DNA of 64,000 nt from the NCBI GenBank assembly GCA_040954595.2, contig CM082582.2, positions 10,159,483 through 10,223,482 on the forward strand, read 5' to 3'. Positions 36,894 through 49,500 of the stretch are shown here, in pieces. The notes beneath the pieces were generated by a model. The model saw only the letters and a list, made by a program, of their open reading frames with translations. It searched no databases and was not told the origin of the DNA. Position 1 is the first letter of the stretch; each line of letters begins with the position of its first letter. This stretch comes from Balanoglossus misakiensis (Eukaryota > Animalia > Hemichordata). The position numbers were made by a program, and so were the translations under genes.

Positions 36894-37347
36894 GGAGATA
36901 CAGCCAGTAAACACAAATGATGTACCAGTGCACTCGAAATTATCTCCCCCTGCCACCATGTTTACAAGTATTTTAAAGCTGAAGTCAACTTCTTGTCGTT
37001 TTTTACAAAATTTAACCCACATAACTTTTTCTGCGTATTATCTAAAATTTTGATCAAAAACTGTTGCTAGTGGAAAATAACGTCAACTTGGTCTAAAATT
37101 AAGGGACAGCCTGAAGATATTCAACCCAATAGAGACATGTAGCAGCCCGACTCGTAGACTTTCGTTGTAAGTTGATCAAGTCCTTAGGGAAAGTTTCCGA
37201 ATGTAAAATGTTTATCCGACAAAACATGCACTTTGTATACACTGTTTGAATTTTGCCATGTCTGCATAGTGATGTCCAATGAATGTTTTAAGTGAAAGTT
37301 ATTTTGTTTGTTTTGCTCTACCCTCAGCCATCTGTCAATTGAATCAG

Positions 37348-37353
37348 AATAAA
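37348..37353 (+). terminator. Candidate METTL3 polyadenylation signal
   Basis: First AATAAA seen after the stop codon (~455 nt downstream), followed by T-rich sequence, just before the satellite. Confidence 0.5.
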
Positions 37354-37559
37354 ACTGACAAGTTTTTTTAACATTTCTGCTTCTGGTGTCATTCTTCTGA
37401 AATGAAAACATGATTTCAAGGAGGTTTTTTAAAAACTGACAATCTGCGAAAAGAAACGTGAATTTGAAGGATCTTTAAAGTCGAGAATTAGAAATTTTTT
37501 GAGAGCTTTCATGAGCTATAACCCATGAAAAGTTTCCAGAAATAACAAAATCACATTTT

Positions 37560-40500
37560 TAATGGGTTACAACTCATGAAAATCATCAAAAACTGACAAT
37601 TTTTTGATTCGGCCAAATTTGAAAATTTCATGATCTTTCAGTTTTCATGGGTTATAGCTCAGGAAAATCATCAAAAAATGACAATTTTTCGACTTTGCGA
37701 AAAGTCAAAATTTGGTCGATTTTTGAAAAAAAATCATGGGTTATAGCTCAGGAAATCATCAAAAAATGACAATTTTTCGACTTTGCGAAAAGTCAAAATT
37801 TGGTCGATTTTTGAAAAAAATCATGGGTTATAGCTCAGGAAATCATCAAAAAATGACGATTTTTCGACTTTGCGAAAAGTCAAAATTTGGTCGATTTTTG
37901 AAAAAAATCATGGGTTATAGCTCAGGAAATCATCAAAAAATGACAATTTTTCGACTTTGCGAAAAGTCAAAATTTGGTCGATTTTTGAAAAAAATCATGG
38001 GTTATAGCTCAGGAAATCATCAAAAAATGACAATTTTTCGACTTTGCGAAAACTCAAAATATGGCCGATTTTTGAAAAAAAATCATGGGTTATAGCTCAG
38101 GAAATCATCAAAAAATGACAATTTTTCGACTTTGCGAAAAGTCAAAATTTGGTCGATTTTTGAAAAAAATCATGGGTTATAGCTCAGGAAATCATCAAAA
38201 AATGACGATTTTTCGACTTTGCGAAAAGTCAAAATTTGGTCGATTTTTGAAAAAAATCATGGGTTATAGCTCAGGAAATCATCAAAAAATGACAATTTTT
38301 CGACTTTGCGAAAAGTCAAAATTTGGTCGATTTTTGAAAAAAATCATGGGTTATAGCTCAGGAAATCATCAAAAAATGACAATTTTTCGACTTTGCGAAA
38401 ACTCAAAATATGGCCGATTTTTGAAAAAAATCATGGGTTATAGCTCAGGAAATCATCAAAAAATGACAATTTTTCGACTTTGCGAAAAGTCAAAATTTGG
38501 CCGATTTTTGAAAAAAATCATGGGTTATAGCTCAGGAAATCATCAAAAAATGACAATTTTTCGACTTTGCGAAAAGTCAAAATTTGGTCGATTTTTGAAA
38601 AAATCATGGGTTATAGCTCAGGAAATCATCAAAAAATGACAATTTTTCGACTTTGCGAAAAGTCAAAATTTGGCCGATTTTTGAAAAAAATCATGGGTTA
38701 TAGCTCAGGAAATCATCAAAAAATGACAATTTTTCGACTTTGCGAAAAGTCAAAATTTGGCCGATTTTTGAAAAAAATCATGGGTTATGGCTCAGGAAAT
38801 CATCAAAAAATGACAATTTTTCGACTTTGCGAAAAGTCAAAATTTGGTCGATTTTTGAAAAAAATCATGGGTTATAGCTCAGGAAATCATCAAAAAATGA
38901 CAATTTTTCGACTTTGCGAAAAGTCAAAATTTGGTCGATTTTTGAAAAAAATCATGGGTTATAGCTCAGGAAATCATCAAAAAATGACAATTTTTCGACT
39001 TTGCGGAAAGTCAAAATTTGGTCGATTTTTGAAAAAAATCATGGGTTATAGCTCAGGAAATCATCAAAAAATGACAATTTTTCGACTTTGCGGAAAGTCA
39101 AAATTTGGTCGATTTTTGAAAAAAACCATGGGTTATAGCTCAGGAAATCATCAAAAAATGACAATTTTTCGACTTTGCGGAAAGTCAAAATTTGGTCGAT
39201 TTTTGAAAAAAATCATGGGTTATAGCTCAGGAAATCATCAAAAAATGACAATTTTTCGACTTTGCGGAAAGTCAAAATTTGGTCGATTTTTGAAAAAAAT
39301 GATGGGTTATAGCTCAGGAAATCATCAAAAAATGACAATTTTTCGACTTTGCGGAAAGTCAAAATTTGGTCGATTTTTGAAAAAAATCATGGGTTATAGC
39401 TCAGGAAATCATCAAAAAATGACAATTTTTCGACTTTGCGGAAAGTCAAAATTTGGTCGATTTTTGAAAAAAATCATGGGTTATAGCTCAGGAAATCATC
39501 AAAAAATGACAATTTTTCGACTTTGCGGAAAGTCAAAATTTGGTCGATTTTTGAAAAAAATGATGGGTTATAGCTCAGGAAATCATCAAAAAATGACAAT
39601 TTTTCGACTTTGCGAAAAGTCAAAATTTGGTCGATTTTTGAAAAAAATCATGGGTTATAGCTCAGGAAATCATCAAAAAATGACAATTTTTCGACTTTGC
39701 GAAAACTGAAAATATGGCCGATTTTTGAAAAAAATCATTGGTTATAGCTCAGGAAATCATCAAAAAATGACAATTTTTCGACTTTGCGAAAAGTCAAAAT
39801 TTGGCCGTGGTCGATTTTTGAAAAAAATCATGGGTTATAGCTCAGGAAATCATCAAAAAATGACAATTTTTCGACTTTGCGGAAAGTCAAAATTTGGTCG
39901 ATTTTTGAAAAAAATCATGGGTTATAGCTCAGGAAATCATCAAAAAATGACAATTTTTCGACTTTGCGGAAAGTCAAAATTTGGTCGATTTTTGAAAAAA
40001 ATCATGGGTTATAGCTCAGGAAATCATCAAAAAATGAAAATTTTTCGACTTTGCGGAAAGTCAAAATTTGGTCGATTTTTGAAAAAAATCATGGGTTATA
40101 GCTCAGGAAATCATCAAAAAATGACAATTTTTCGACTTTGCGAAAAGTCAAAATTTGGTCGATTTTTGAAAAAAATCATGGGTTATAGCTCAGGAAATCA
40201 TCAAAAAATGACAATTTTTCGACTTTGCGAAAAGTCAAAATTTGGTCGATTTTTGAAAAAATCATGGGTTATAGCTCAGGAAAATCATCGAAAAATGACA
40301 ATTTTTCGACTTTGCGAAAAGTCAAAATTTGGTCGATTTTTGAAAAAAATCATGGGTTATAGCTCAGGAAATCATCAAAAAATGACAATTTTTCGACTTT
40401 GCGAAAAGTCAAAATTTGGTCGATTTTTGAAAAAAATCATGGGTTATAGCTCAGGAAATCATCAAAAAATGACAATTTTTCGACTTTGCGAAAAGTCAAA

Positions 40501-43500
40501 ATTTGGTCGATTTTTGAAAAAAATCATGGGTTATAGCTCAGGAAATCATCAAAAAATGACAATTTTTCGACTTTGCGAAAAGTCAAAATTTGGTCGATTT
40601 TTGAAAAAAATCATGGGTTATAGCTCAGGAAATCATCAAAAAATGACAATTTTTCGACTTTGCGAAAAGTCAAAATTTGGTCGATTTTTGAAAAAAATCA
40701 TGGGTTATAGCTCAGGAAATCATCAAAAAATGACAATTTTTCGACTTTGCGAAAAGTCAAAATTTGGTCGATTTTTGAAAAAAATCATGGGTTATAGCTC
40801 AGGAAATCACCAAAAAATGACAATTTTTCGACTTTGCGAAAAGTCAAAATTTGGTCGATTTTTGAAAAAAATCATGGGTTATAGCTCAGGAAATCACCAA
40901 AAAATGACAATTTTTCGACTTTGCGGAAAGTCAAAATTTGGTCGATTTTTGAAAAAAATCATGGGTTATAGCTCAGGAAATCATCAAAAAATGACAATTT
41001 TTCGACTTTGCGGAAAGTCAAAATTTGGTCGATTTTCGAAAAAAATCATGGGTTATAGCTCAGGAAATCATCAAAAAATGACAATTTTTCGACTTTGCGA
41101 AAAGTCAAAATTTGGTCGATTTTTGAAAAAAATCATGGGTTATAGCTCAGGAAATCATCAAAAAATGACAATTTTTCGACTTTGCGAAAAGTCAAAATTT
41201 GGTCGATTTTTGAAAAAAATCATGGGTTATAGCTCAGGAAATCATCAAAAAATGACAATTTTTCGACTTTGCGAAAAGTCAAAATTTGGTCGATTTTTGA
41301 AAAAAATCATGGGTTATAGCTCAGGAAATCATCAAAAAATGACAATTTTTCGACTTTGCGAAAAGTCAAAATTTGGTCGATTTTTGAAAAAAATCATGGG
41401 TTATAGCTCAGGAAATCATCAAAAAATGACAATTTTTCGACTTTGCGAAAAGTCAAAATTTGGTCGATTTTTGAAAAAAATCATGGGTTATAGCTCAGGA
41501 AATCATCAAAAAATGACAATTTTTCGACTTTGCGAAAAGTCGAAATTTGGTCGATTTTTGAAAAAAATCATGGGTTATAGCTCAGGAAATCATCAAAAAA
41601 TGACAATTTTTCGACTTTGCGAAAAGTCAAAATTTGGTCGATTTTTGAAAAAAATCATGGGTTATAGCTCAGGAAATCATCAAAAAATGACAATTTTTCG
41701 ACTTTGCGAAAAGTCAAAATTTGGTCGATTTTTGAAAAAATCATGGGTTATAGCTCAGGAAATCATCGAAAAATGACAATTTTTCGACTTTGCGAAAAGT
41801 CAAAATTTGGTCGATTTTTGAAAAAAATCATGGGTTAAAGCTCAGGAAATCATCAAAAAATGACAATTTTTCGACTTTGCGAAAAGTCAAAATTTGGTCG
41901 ATTTTTGAAAAAAATCATGGGTTATGGCTCAGGAAATCATCAAAAAATGACAATTTTTCGACTTTGCGAAAAGTCAAAATTTGGTCGATTTTTGAAAAAA
42001 ATCATGGGTTATGGCTCAGGAAATCATCAAAAAATGACAATTTTTCGACTTTGCGAAAAGTCAAAATTTGGTCGATTTTTGAAAAAAATCATGGGTTATG
42101 GCTCAGGAAATCATCAAAAAATGACACTTTTTCGACTTTGCGGAAAGTCAAAATTTGGTCGATTTTTGAAAAAAATCATGGGTTATAGCTCAGGAAATCA
42201 TCAAAAAATGACACTTTTTCGACTTTGCGGAAAGTCAAAATTTGGTCGATTTTTGAAAAAAATCATGGGTTATAGCTCAGGAAATCATCAAAAAATGACA
42301 ATTTTTCGACTTTGCGGAAAGTCAAAATTTGGTCGATTTTTGAAAAAAATCATGGGTTATAGCTCAGGAAATCATCAAAAAATGACAATTTTTCGACTTT
42401 GCGAAAAGTCAAAATTTGGTCGATTTTTGAAAAAAATCATGGGTTATAGCTCAGGAAATCATCAAAAAATGACAATTTTTCGACTTTGCGAAAAGTCAAA
42501 ATTTGGTCGATTTTTGAAAAAAATCATGGGTTATAGCTCAGGAAATCATCAAAAAATGACAATTTTTCGACTTTGCGAAAAGTCAAAATTTGGTCGATTT
42601 TTGAAAAAAATCATGGGTTATAGCTCAGGAAATCATCAAAAAATGACAATTTTTCGACTTTGCGAAAAGTCAAAATTTGGCCGATTTTTGAAAAAAATCA
42701 TGGGTTATAGCTCAGGAAATCATCAAAAAATGACAATTTTTCGACTTTGCGAAAAGTCAAAATTTGGCCGATTTTTGAAAAAAATCATGGGTTATGGCTC
42801 AGGAAATCATCAAAAAATGACAATTTTTCGACTTTGCGAAAAGTCAAAATTTGGTCGATTTTTGAAAAAAATCATGGGTTATAGCTCAGGAAATCATCAA
42901 AAAATGACAATTTTTCGACTTTGCGAAAAGTCAAAATTTGGTCGATTTTTGAAAAAAATCATGGGTTATAGCTCAGGAAATCATCAAAAAATGACAATTT
43001 TTCGACTTTGCGGAAAGTCAAAATTTGGTCGATTTTTGAAAAAAATCATGGGTTATAGCTCAGGAAATCATCAAAAAATGACAATTTTTCGACTTTGCGG
43101 AAAGTCAAAATTTGGTCGATTTTTGAAAAAAATCATGGGTTATAGCTCCGGAAATCATCAAAAAATGACAATTTTTCGACTTTGCGGAAAGTCAAAATTT
43201 GGTCGATTTTTGAAAAAAATCATGGGTTATAGCTCAGGAAATCATCAAAAAATGACAATTTTTCGACTTTGCGGAAAGTCAAAATTTGGTCGATTTTTGA
43301 AAAAAATGATGGGTTATAGCTCAGGAAATCATCAAAAAATGACAATTTTTCGACTTTGCGGAAAGTCAAAATTTGGTCGATTTTTGAAAAAAATCATGGG
43401 TTATAGCTCAGGAAATCATCAAAAAATGACAATTTTTCGACTTTGCGGAAAGTCAAAATTTGGTCGATTTTTGAAAAAAATGATGGGTTATAGCTCAGGA

Positions 43501-46500
43501 AATCATCAAAAAATGACAATTTTTCGACTTTGCGAAAAGTCAAAATTTGGTCGATTTTTGAAAAAAATCATGGGTTATAGCTCAGGAAATCATCAAAAAA
43601 TGACAATTTTTCGACTTTGCGAAAACTGAAAATATGGCCGATTTTTGAAAAAATCATTGGTTATAGCTCAGGAAATCATCAAAAAATGACAATTTTTCGA
43701 CTTTGCGAAAAGTCAAAATTTGGCCGTGGTCGATTTTTGAAAAAAATCATGGGTTATAGCTCAGGAAATCATCAAAAAATGACAATTTTTCGACTTTGCG
43801 GAAAGTCAAAATTTGGTCGATTTTTGAAAAAAATCATGGGTTATAGCTCAGGAAATCATCAAAAAATGACAATTTTTCGACTTTGCGGAAAGTCAAAATT
43901 TGGTCGATTTTTGAAAAAAATCATGGGTTATAGCTCAGGAAATCATCAAAAAATGACAATTTTTCGACTTTGCGGAAAGTCAAAATTTGGTCGATTTTTG
44001 AAAAAAATCATGGGTTATAGCTCAGGAAATCATCAAAAAATGACAATTTTTCGACTTTGCGAAAAGTCAAAATTTGGTCGATTTTTGAAAAAAATCATGG
44101 GTTATAGCTCAGGAAATCATCAAAAAATGACAATTTTTCGACTTTGCGAAAAGTCAAAATTTGGTCGATTTTTGAAAAAAATCATGGGTTATAGCTCAGG
44201 AAATCATCAAAAAATGACAATTTTTCGACTTTGCGAAAAGTCAAAATTTGGTCGATTTTTGAAAAAATCATGGGTTATAGCTCAGGAAAATCATCGAAAA
44301 ATGACAATTTTTCGACTTTGCGAAAAGTCAAAATTTGGTCGATTTTTGAAAAAAATCATGGGTTATAGCTCAGGAAATCATCAAAAAATGACAATTTTTC
44401 GACTTTGCGAAAAGTCAAAATTTGGTCGATTTTTGAAAAAAATCATGGGTTATAGCTCAGGAAATCATCAAAAAATGACAATTTTTCGACTTTGCGAAAA
44501 GTCAAAATTTGGTCGATTTTTGAAAAAAATCATGGGTTATAGCTCAGGAAATCATCAAAAAATGACAATTTTTCGACTTTGCGAAAAGTCAAAATTTGGT
44601 CGATTTTTGAAAAAAATCATGGGTTATAGCTCAGGAAATCATCAAAAAATGACAATTTTTCGACTTTGCGAAAAGTCAAAATTTGGTCGATTTTTGACAA
44701 AAATCATGGGTTATAGCTCAGGAAATCATCAAAAAATGACAATTTTTCGACTTTGCGAAAAGTCAAAATTTGGTCGATTTTTGAAAAAAATCATGGGTTA
44801 TAGCTCAGGAAATCACCAAAAAATGACAATTTTTCGACTTTGCGAAAAGTCAAAATTTGGTCGATTTTTGAAAAAAATCATGGGTTATAGCTCAGGAAAT
44901 CACCAAAAAATGACAATTTTTCGACTTTGCGGAAAGTCAAAATTTGGTCGATTTTTGAAAAAAATCATGGGTTATAGCTCAGGAAATCATCAAAAAATGA
45001 CAATTTTTCGACTTTGCGGAAAGTCAAAATTTGGTCGATTTTCGAAAAAAATCATGGGTTATAGCTCAGGAAATCATCAAAAAATGACAATTTTTCGACT
45101 TTGCGAAAAGTCAAAATTTGGTCGATTTTTGAAAAAAATCATGGGTTATAGCTCAGGAAATCATCAAAAAATGACAATTTTTCGACTTTGCGAAAAGTCA
45201 AAATTTGGTCGATTTTTGAAAAAAATCATGGGTTATAGCTCAGGAAATCATCAAAAAATGACAATTTTTCGACTTTGCGAAAAGTCAAAATTTGGTCGAT
45301 TTTTGAAAAAAATCATGGGTTATAGCTCAGGAAATCATCAAAAAATGACAATTTTTCGACTTTGCGAAAAGTCAAAATTTGGTCGATTTTTGAAAAAAAT
45401 CATGGGTTATAGCTCAGGAAATCATCAAAAAATGACAATTTTTCGACTTTGCGAAAAGTCAAAATTTGGTCGATTTTTGAAAAAAATCATGGGTTATAGC
45501 TCAGGAAATCATCAAAAAATGACAATTTTTCGACTTTGCGAAAAGTCGAAATTTGGTCGATTTTTGAAAAAAATCATGGGTTATAGCTCAGGAAATCATC
45601 AAAAAATGACAATTTTTCGACTTTGCGAAAAGTCAAAATTTGGTCGATTTTTGAAAAAAATCATGGGTTATAGCTCAGGAAATCATCAAAAAATGACAAT
45701 TTTTCGACTTTGCGAAAAGTCAAAATTTGGTCGATTTTTGAAAAAATCATGGGTTATAGCTCAGGAAATCATCGAAAAATGACAATTTTTCGACTTTGCG
45801 AAAAGTCAAAATTTGGTCGATTTTTGAAAAAAATCATGGGTTAAAGCTCAGGAAATCATCAAAAAATGACAATTTTTCGACTTTGCGAAAAGTCAAAATT
45901 TGGTCGATTTTTGAAAAAAATCATGGGTTATGGCTCAGGAAATCATCAAAAAATGACAATTTTTCGACTTTGCGAAAAGTCAAAATTTGGTCGATTTTTG
46001 AAAAAAATCATGGGTTATGGCTCAGGAAATCATCAAAAAATGACAATTTTTCGACTTTGCGAAAATTCAAAATTTGGTCGATTTTTGAAAAAAATCATGG
46101 GTTATGGCTCAGGAAATCATCAAAAAATGACACTTTTTCGACTTTGCGGAAAGTCAAAATTTGGTCGATTTTTGAAAAAAATCATGGGTTATAGCTCAGG
46201 AAATCATCAAAAAATGACAATTTTTCGACTTTGCGGAAAGTCAAAATTTGGTCGATTTTTGAAAAAAATCATGGGTTATAGCTCAGGAAATCATCAAAAA
46301 ATGACAATTTTTCGACTTTGCGGAAAGTCAAAATTTGGTCGATTTTTGAAAAAAATCATGGGTTATAGCTCAGGAAATCATCAAAAAATGACAATTTTTC
46401 GACTTTGCGAAAAGTCAAAATTTGGTCGATTTTTGAAAAAAATCATGGGTTATAGCTCAGGAAATCATCAAAAAATGACAATTTTTCGACTTTGCGAAAA

Positions 46501-49500
46501 GTCAAAATTTGGTCGATTTTTGAAAAAAATCATGGGTTATAGCTCAGGAAATCATCAAAAAATGACAATTTTTCGACTTTGCGAAAAGTCAAAATTTGGT
46601 CGATTTTTGAAAAAAATCATGGGTTATAGCTCAGGAAATCATCAAAAAATGACAATTTTTCGACTTTGCGAAAAGTCAAAATTTGGTCGATTTTTGAAAA
46701 AATCATGGGTTATAGCTCAGGAAATCATCAAAAAATGACAATTTTTCGACTTTGCGAAAAGTCAAAATTTGGCCGATTTTTGAAAAAAATCATGGGTTAT
46801 AGCTCAGGAAATCATCAAAAAATGACAATTTTTCGACTTTGCGAAAAGTCAAAATTTGGCCGATTTTTGAAAAAAATCATGGGTTATGGCTCAGGAAATC
46901 ATCAAAAAATGACAATTTTTCGACTTTGCGAAAAGTCAAAATTTGGTCGATTTTTGAAAAAAATCATGGGTTATAGCTCAGGAAATCATCAAAAAATGAC
47001 AATTTTTCGACTTTGCGAAAAGTCAAAATTTGGTCGATTTTTGAAAAAAATCATGGGTTATAGCTCAGGAAATCATCAAAAAATGACAATTTTTCGACTT
47101 TGCGGAAAGTCAAAATTTGGTCGATTTTTGAAAAAAATCATGGGTTATAGCTCAGGAAATCATCAAAAAATGACAATTTTTCGACTTTGCGGAAAGTCAA
47201 AATTTGGTCGATTTTTGAAAAAAATCATGGGTTATAGCTCCGGAAATCATCAAAAAATGACAATTTTTCGACTTTGCGGAAAGTCAAAATTTGGTCGATT
47301 TTTGAAAAAAATCATGGGTTATAGCTCAGGAAATCATCAAAAAATGACAATTTTTCGACTTTGCGGAAAGTCAAAATTTGGTCGATTTTTGAAAAAAATG
47401 ATGGGTTATAGCTCAGGAAATCATCAAAAAATGACAATTTTTCGACTTTGCGGAAAGTCAAAATTTGGTCGATTTTTGAAAAAAATCATGGGTTATAGCT
47501 CAGGAAATCATCAAAAAATGACAATTTTTCGACTTTGCGGAAAGTCAAAATTTGGTCGATTTTTGAAAAAAATCATGGGTTATAGCTCAGGAAATCATCA
47601 AAAAATGACAATTTTTCGACTTTGCGGAAAGTCAAAATTTGGTCGATTTTTGAAAAAAATGATGGGTTATAGCTCAGGAAATCATCAAAAAATGACAATT
47701 TTTCGACTTTGCGGAAAGTCAAAATTTGGTCGATTTTTGAAAAAAATCATGGGTTAAAGCTCAGGAAATCATCAAAAAATGACAATTTTTCGACTTTGCG
47801 AAAAGTCAAAATTTGGTCGATTTTTGAAAAAAATCATGGGTTATGGCTCAGGAAATCATCAAAAAATGACAATTTTTCGACTTTGCGAAAAGTCAAAATT
47901 TGGTCGATTTTTGAAAAAAATCATGGGTTATGGCTCAGGAAATCATCAAAAAATGACAATTTTTCGACTTTGCGAAAAGTCAAAATTTGGTCGATTTTTG
48001 AAAAAAATCATGGGTTATGGCTCAGGAAATCATCAAAAAATGACACTTTTTCGACTTTGCGGAAAGTCAAAATTTGGTCGATTTTTGAAAAAAATCATGG
48101 GTTATAGCTCAGGAAATCATCAAAAAATGACAATTTTTCGACTTTGCGGAAAGTCAAAATTTGGTCGATTTTTGAAAAAAATCATGGGTTATAGCTCAGG
48201 AAATCATCAAAAAATGACAATTTTTCGACTTTGCGGAAAGTCAAAATTTGGTCGATTTTTGAAAAAAATCATGGGTTATAGCTCAGGAAATCATCAAAAA
48301 ATGACAATTTTTCGACTTTGCGAAAAGTCAAAATTTGGTCGATTTTTGAAAAAAATCATGGGTTATAGCTCAGGAAATCATCAAAAAATGACAATTTTTC
48401 GACTTTGCGAAAAGTCAAAATTTGGTCGATTTTTGAAAAAAATCATGGGTTATAGCTCAGGAAATCATCAAAAAATGACAATTTTTCGACTTTGCGAAAA
48501 GTCAAAATTTGGTCGATTTTTGAAAAAAATCATGGGTTATAGCTCAGGAAATCATCAAAAAATGACAATTTTTCGACTTTGCGAAAAGTCAAAATTTGGT
48601 CGATTTTTGAAAAAATCATGGGTTATAGCTCAGGAAATCATCAAAAAATGACAATTTTTCGACTTTGCGAAAAGTCAAAATTTGGCCGATTTTTGAAAAA
48701 AATCATGGGTTATAGCTCAGGAAATCATCAAAAAATGACAATTTTTCGACTTTGCGAAAAGTCAAAATTTGGCCGATTTTTGAAAAAAATCATGGGTTAT
48801 GGCTCAGGAAATCATCAAAAAATGACAATTTTTCGACTTTGCGAAAAGTCAAAATTTGGTCGATTTTTGAAAAAAATCATGGGTTATAGCTCAGGAAATC
48901 ATCAAAAAATGACAATTTTTCGACTTTGCGAAAAGTCAAAATTTGGTCGATTTTTGAAAAAAATCATGGGTTATAGCTCAGGAAATCATCAAAAAATGAC
49001 AATTTTTCGACTTTGCGGAAAGTCAAAATTTGGTCGATTTTTGAAAAAAATCATGGGTTATAGCTCAGGAAATCATCAAAAAATGACAATTTTTCGACTT
49101 TGCGGAAAGTCAAAATTTGGTCGATTTTTGAAAAAAATCATGGGTTATAGCTCCGGAAATCATCAAAAAATGACAATTTTTCGACTTTGCGGAAAGTCAA
49201 AATTTGGTCGATTTTTGAAAAAAATCATGGGTTATAGCTCAGGAAATCATCAAAAAATGACAATTTTTCGACTTTGCGGAAAGTCAAAATTTGGTCGATT
49301 TTTGAAAAAAATGATGGGTTATAGCTCAGGAAATCATCAAAAAATGACAATTTTTCGACTTTGCGGAAAGTCAAAATTTGGTCGATTTTTGAAAAAAATC
49401 ATGGGTTATAGCTCAGGAAATCATCAAAAAATGACAATTTTTCGACTTTGCGGAAAGTCAAAATTTGGTCGATTTTTGAAAAAAATCATGGGTTATAGCT

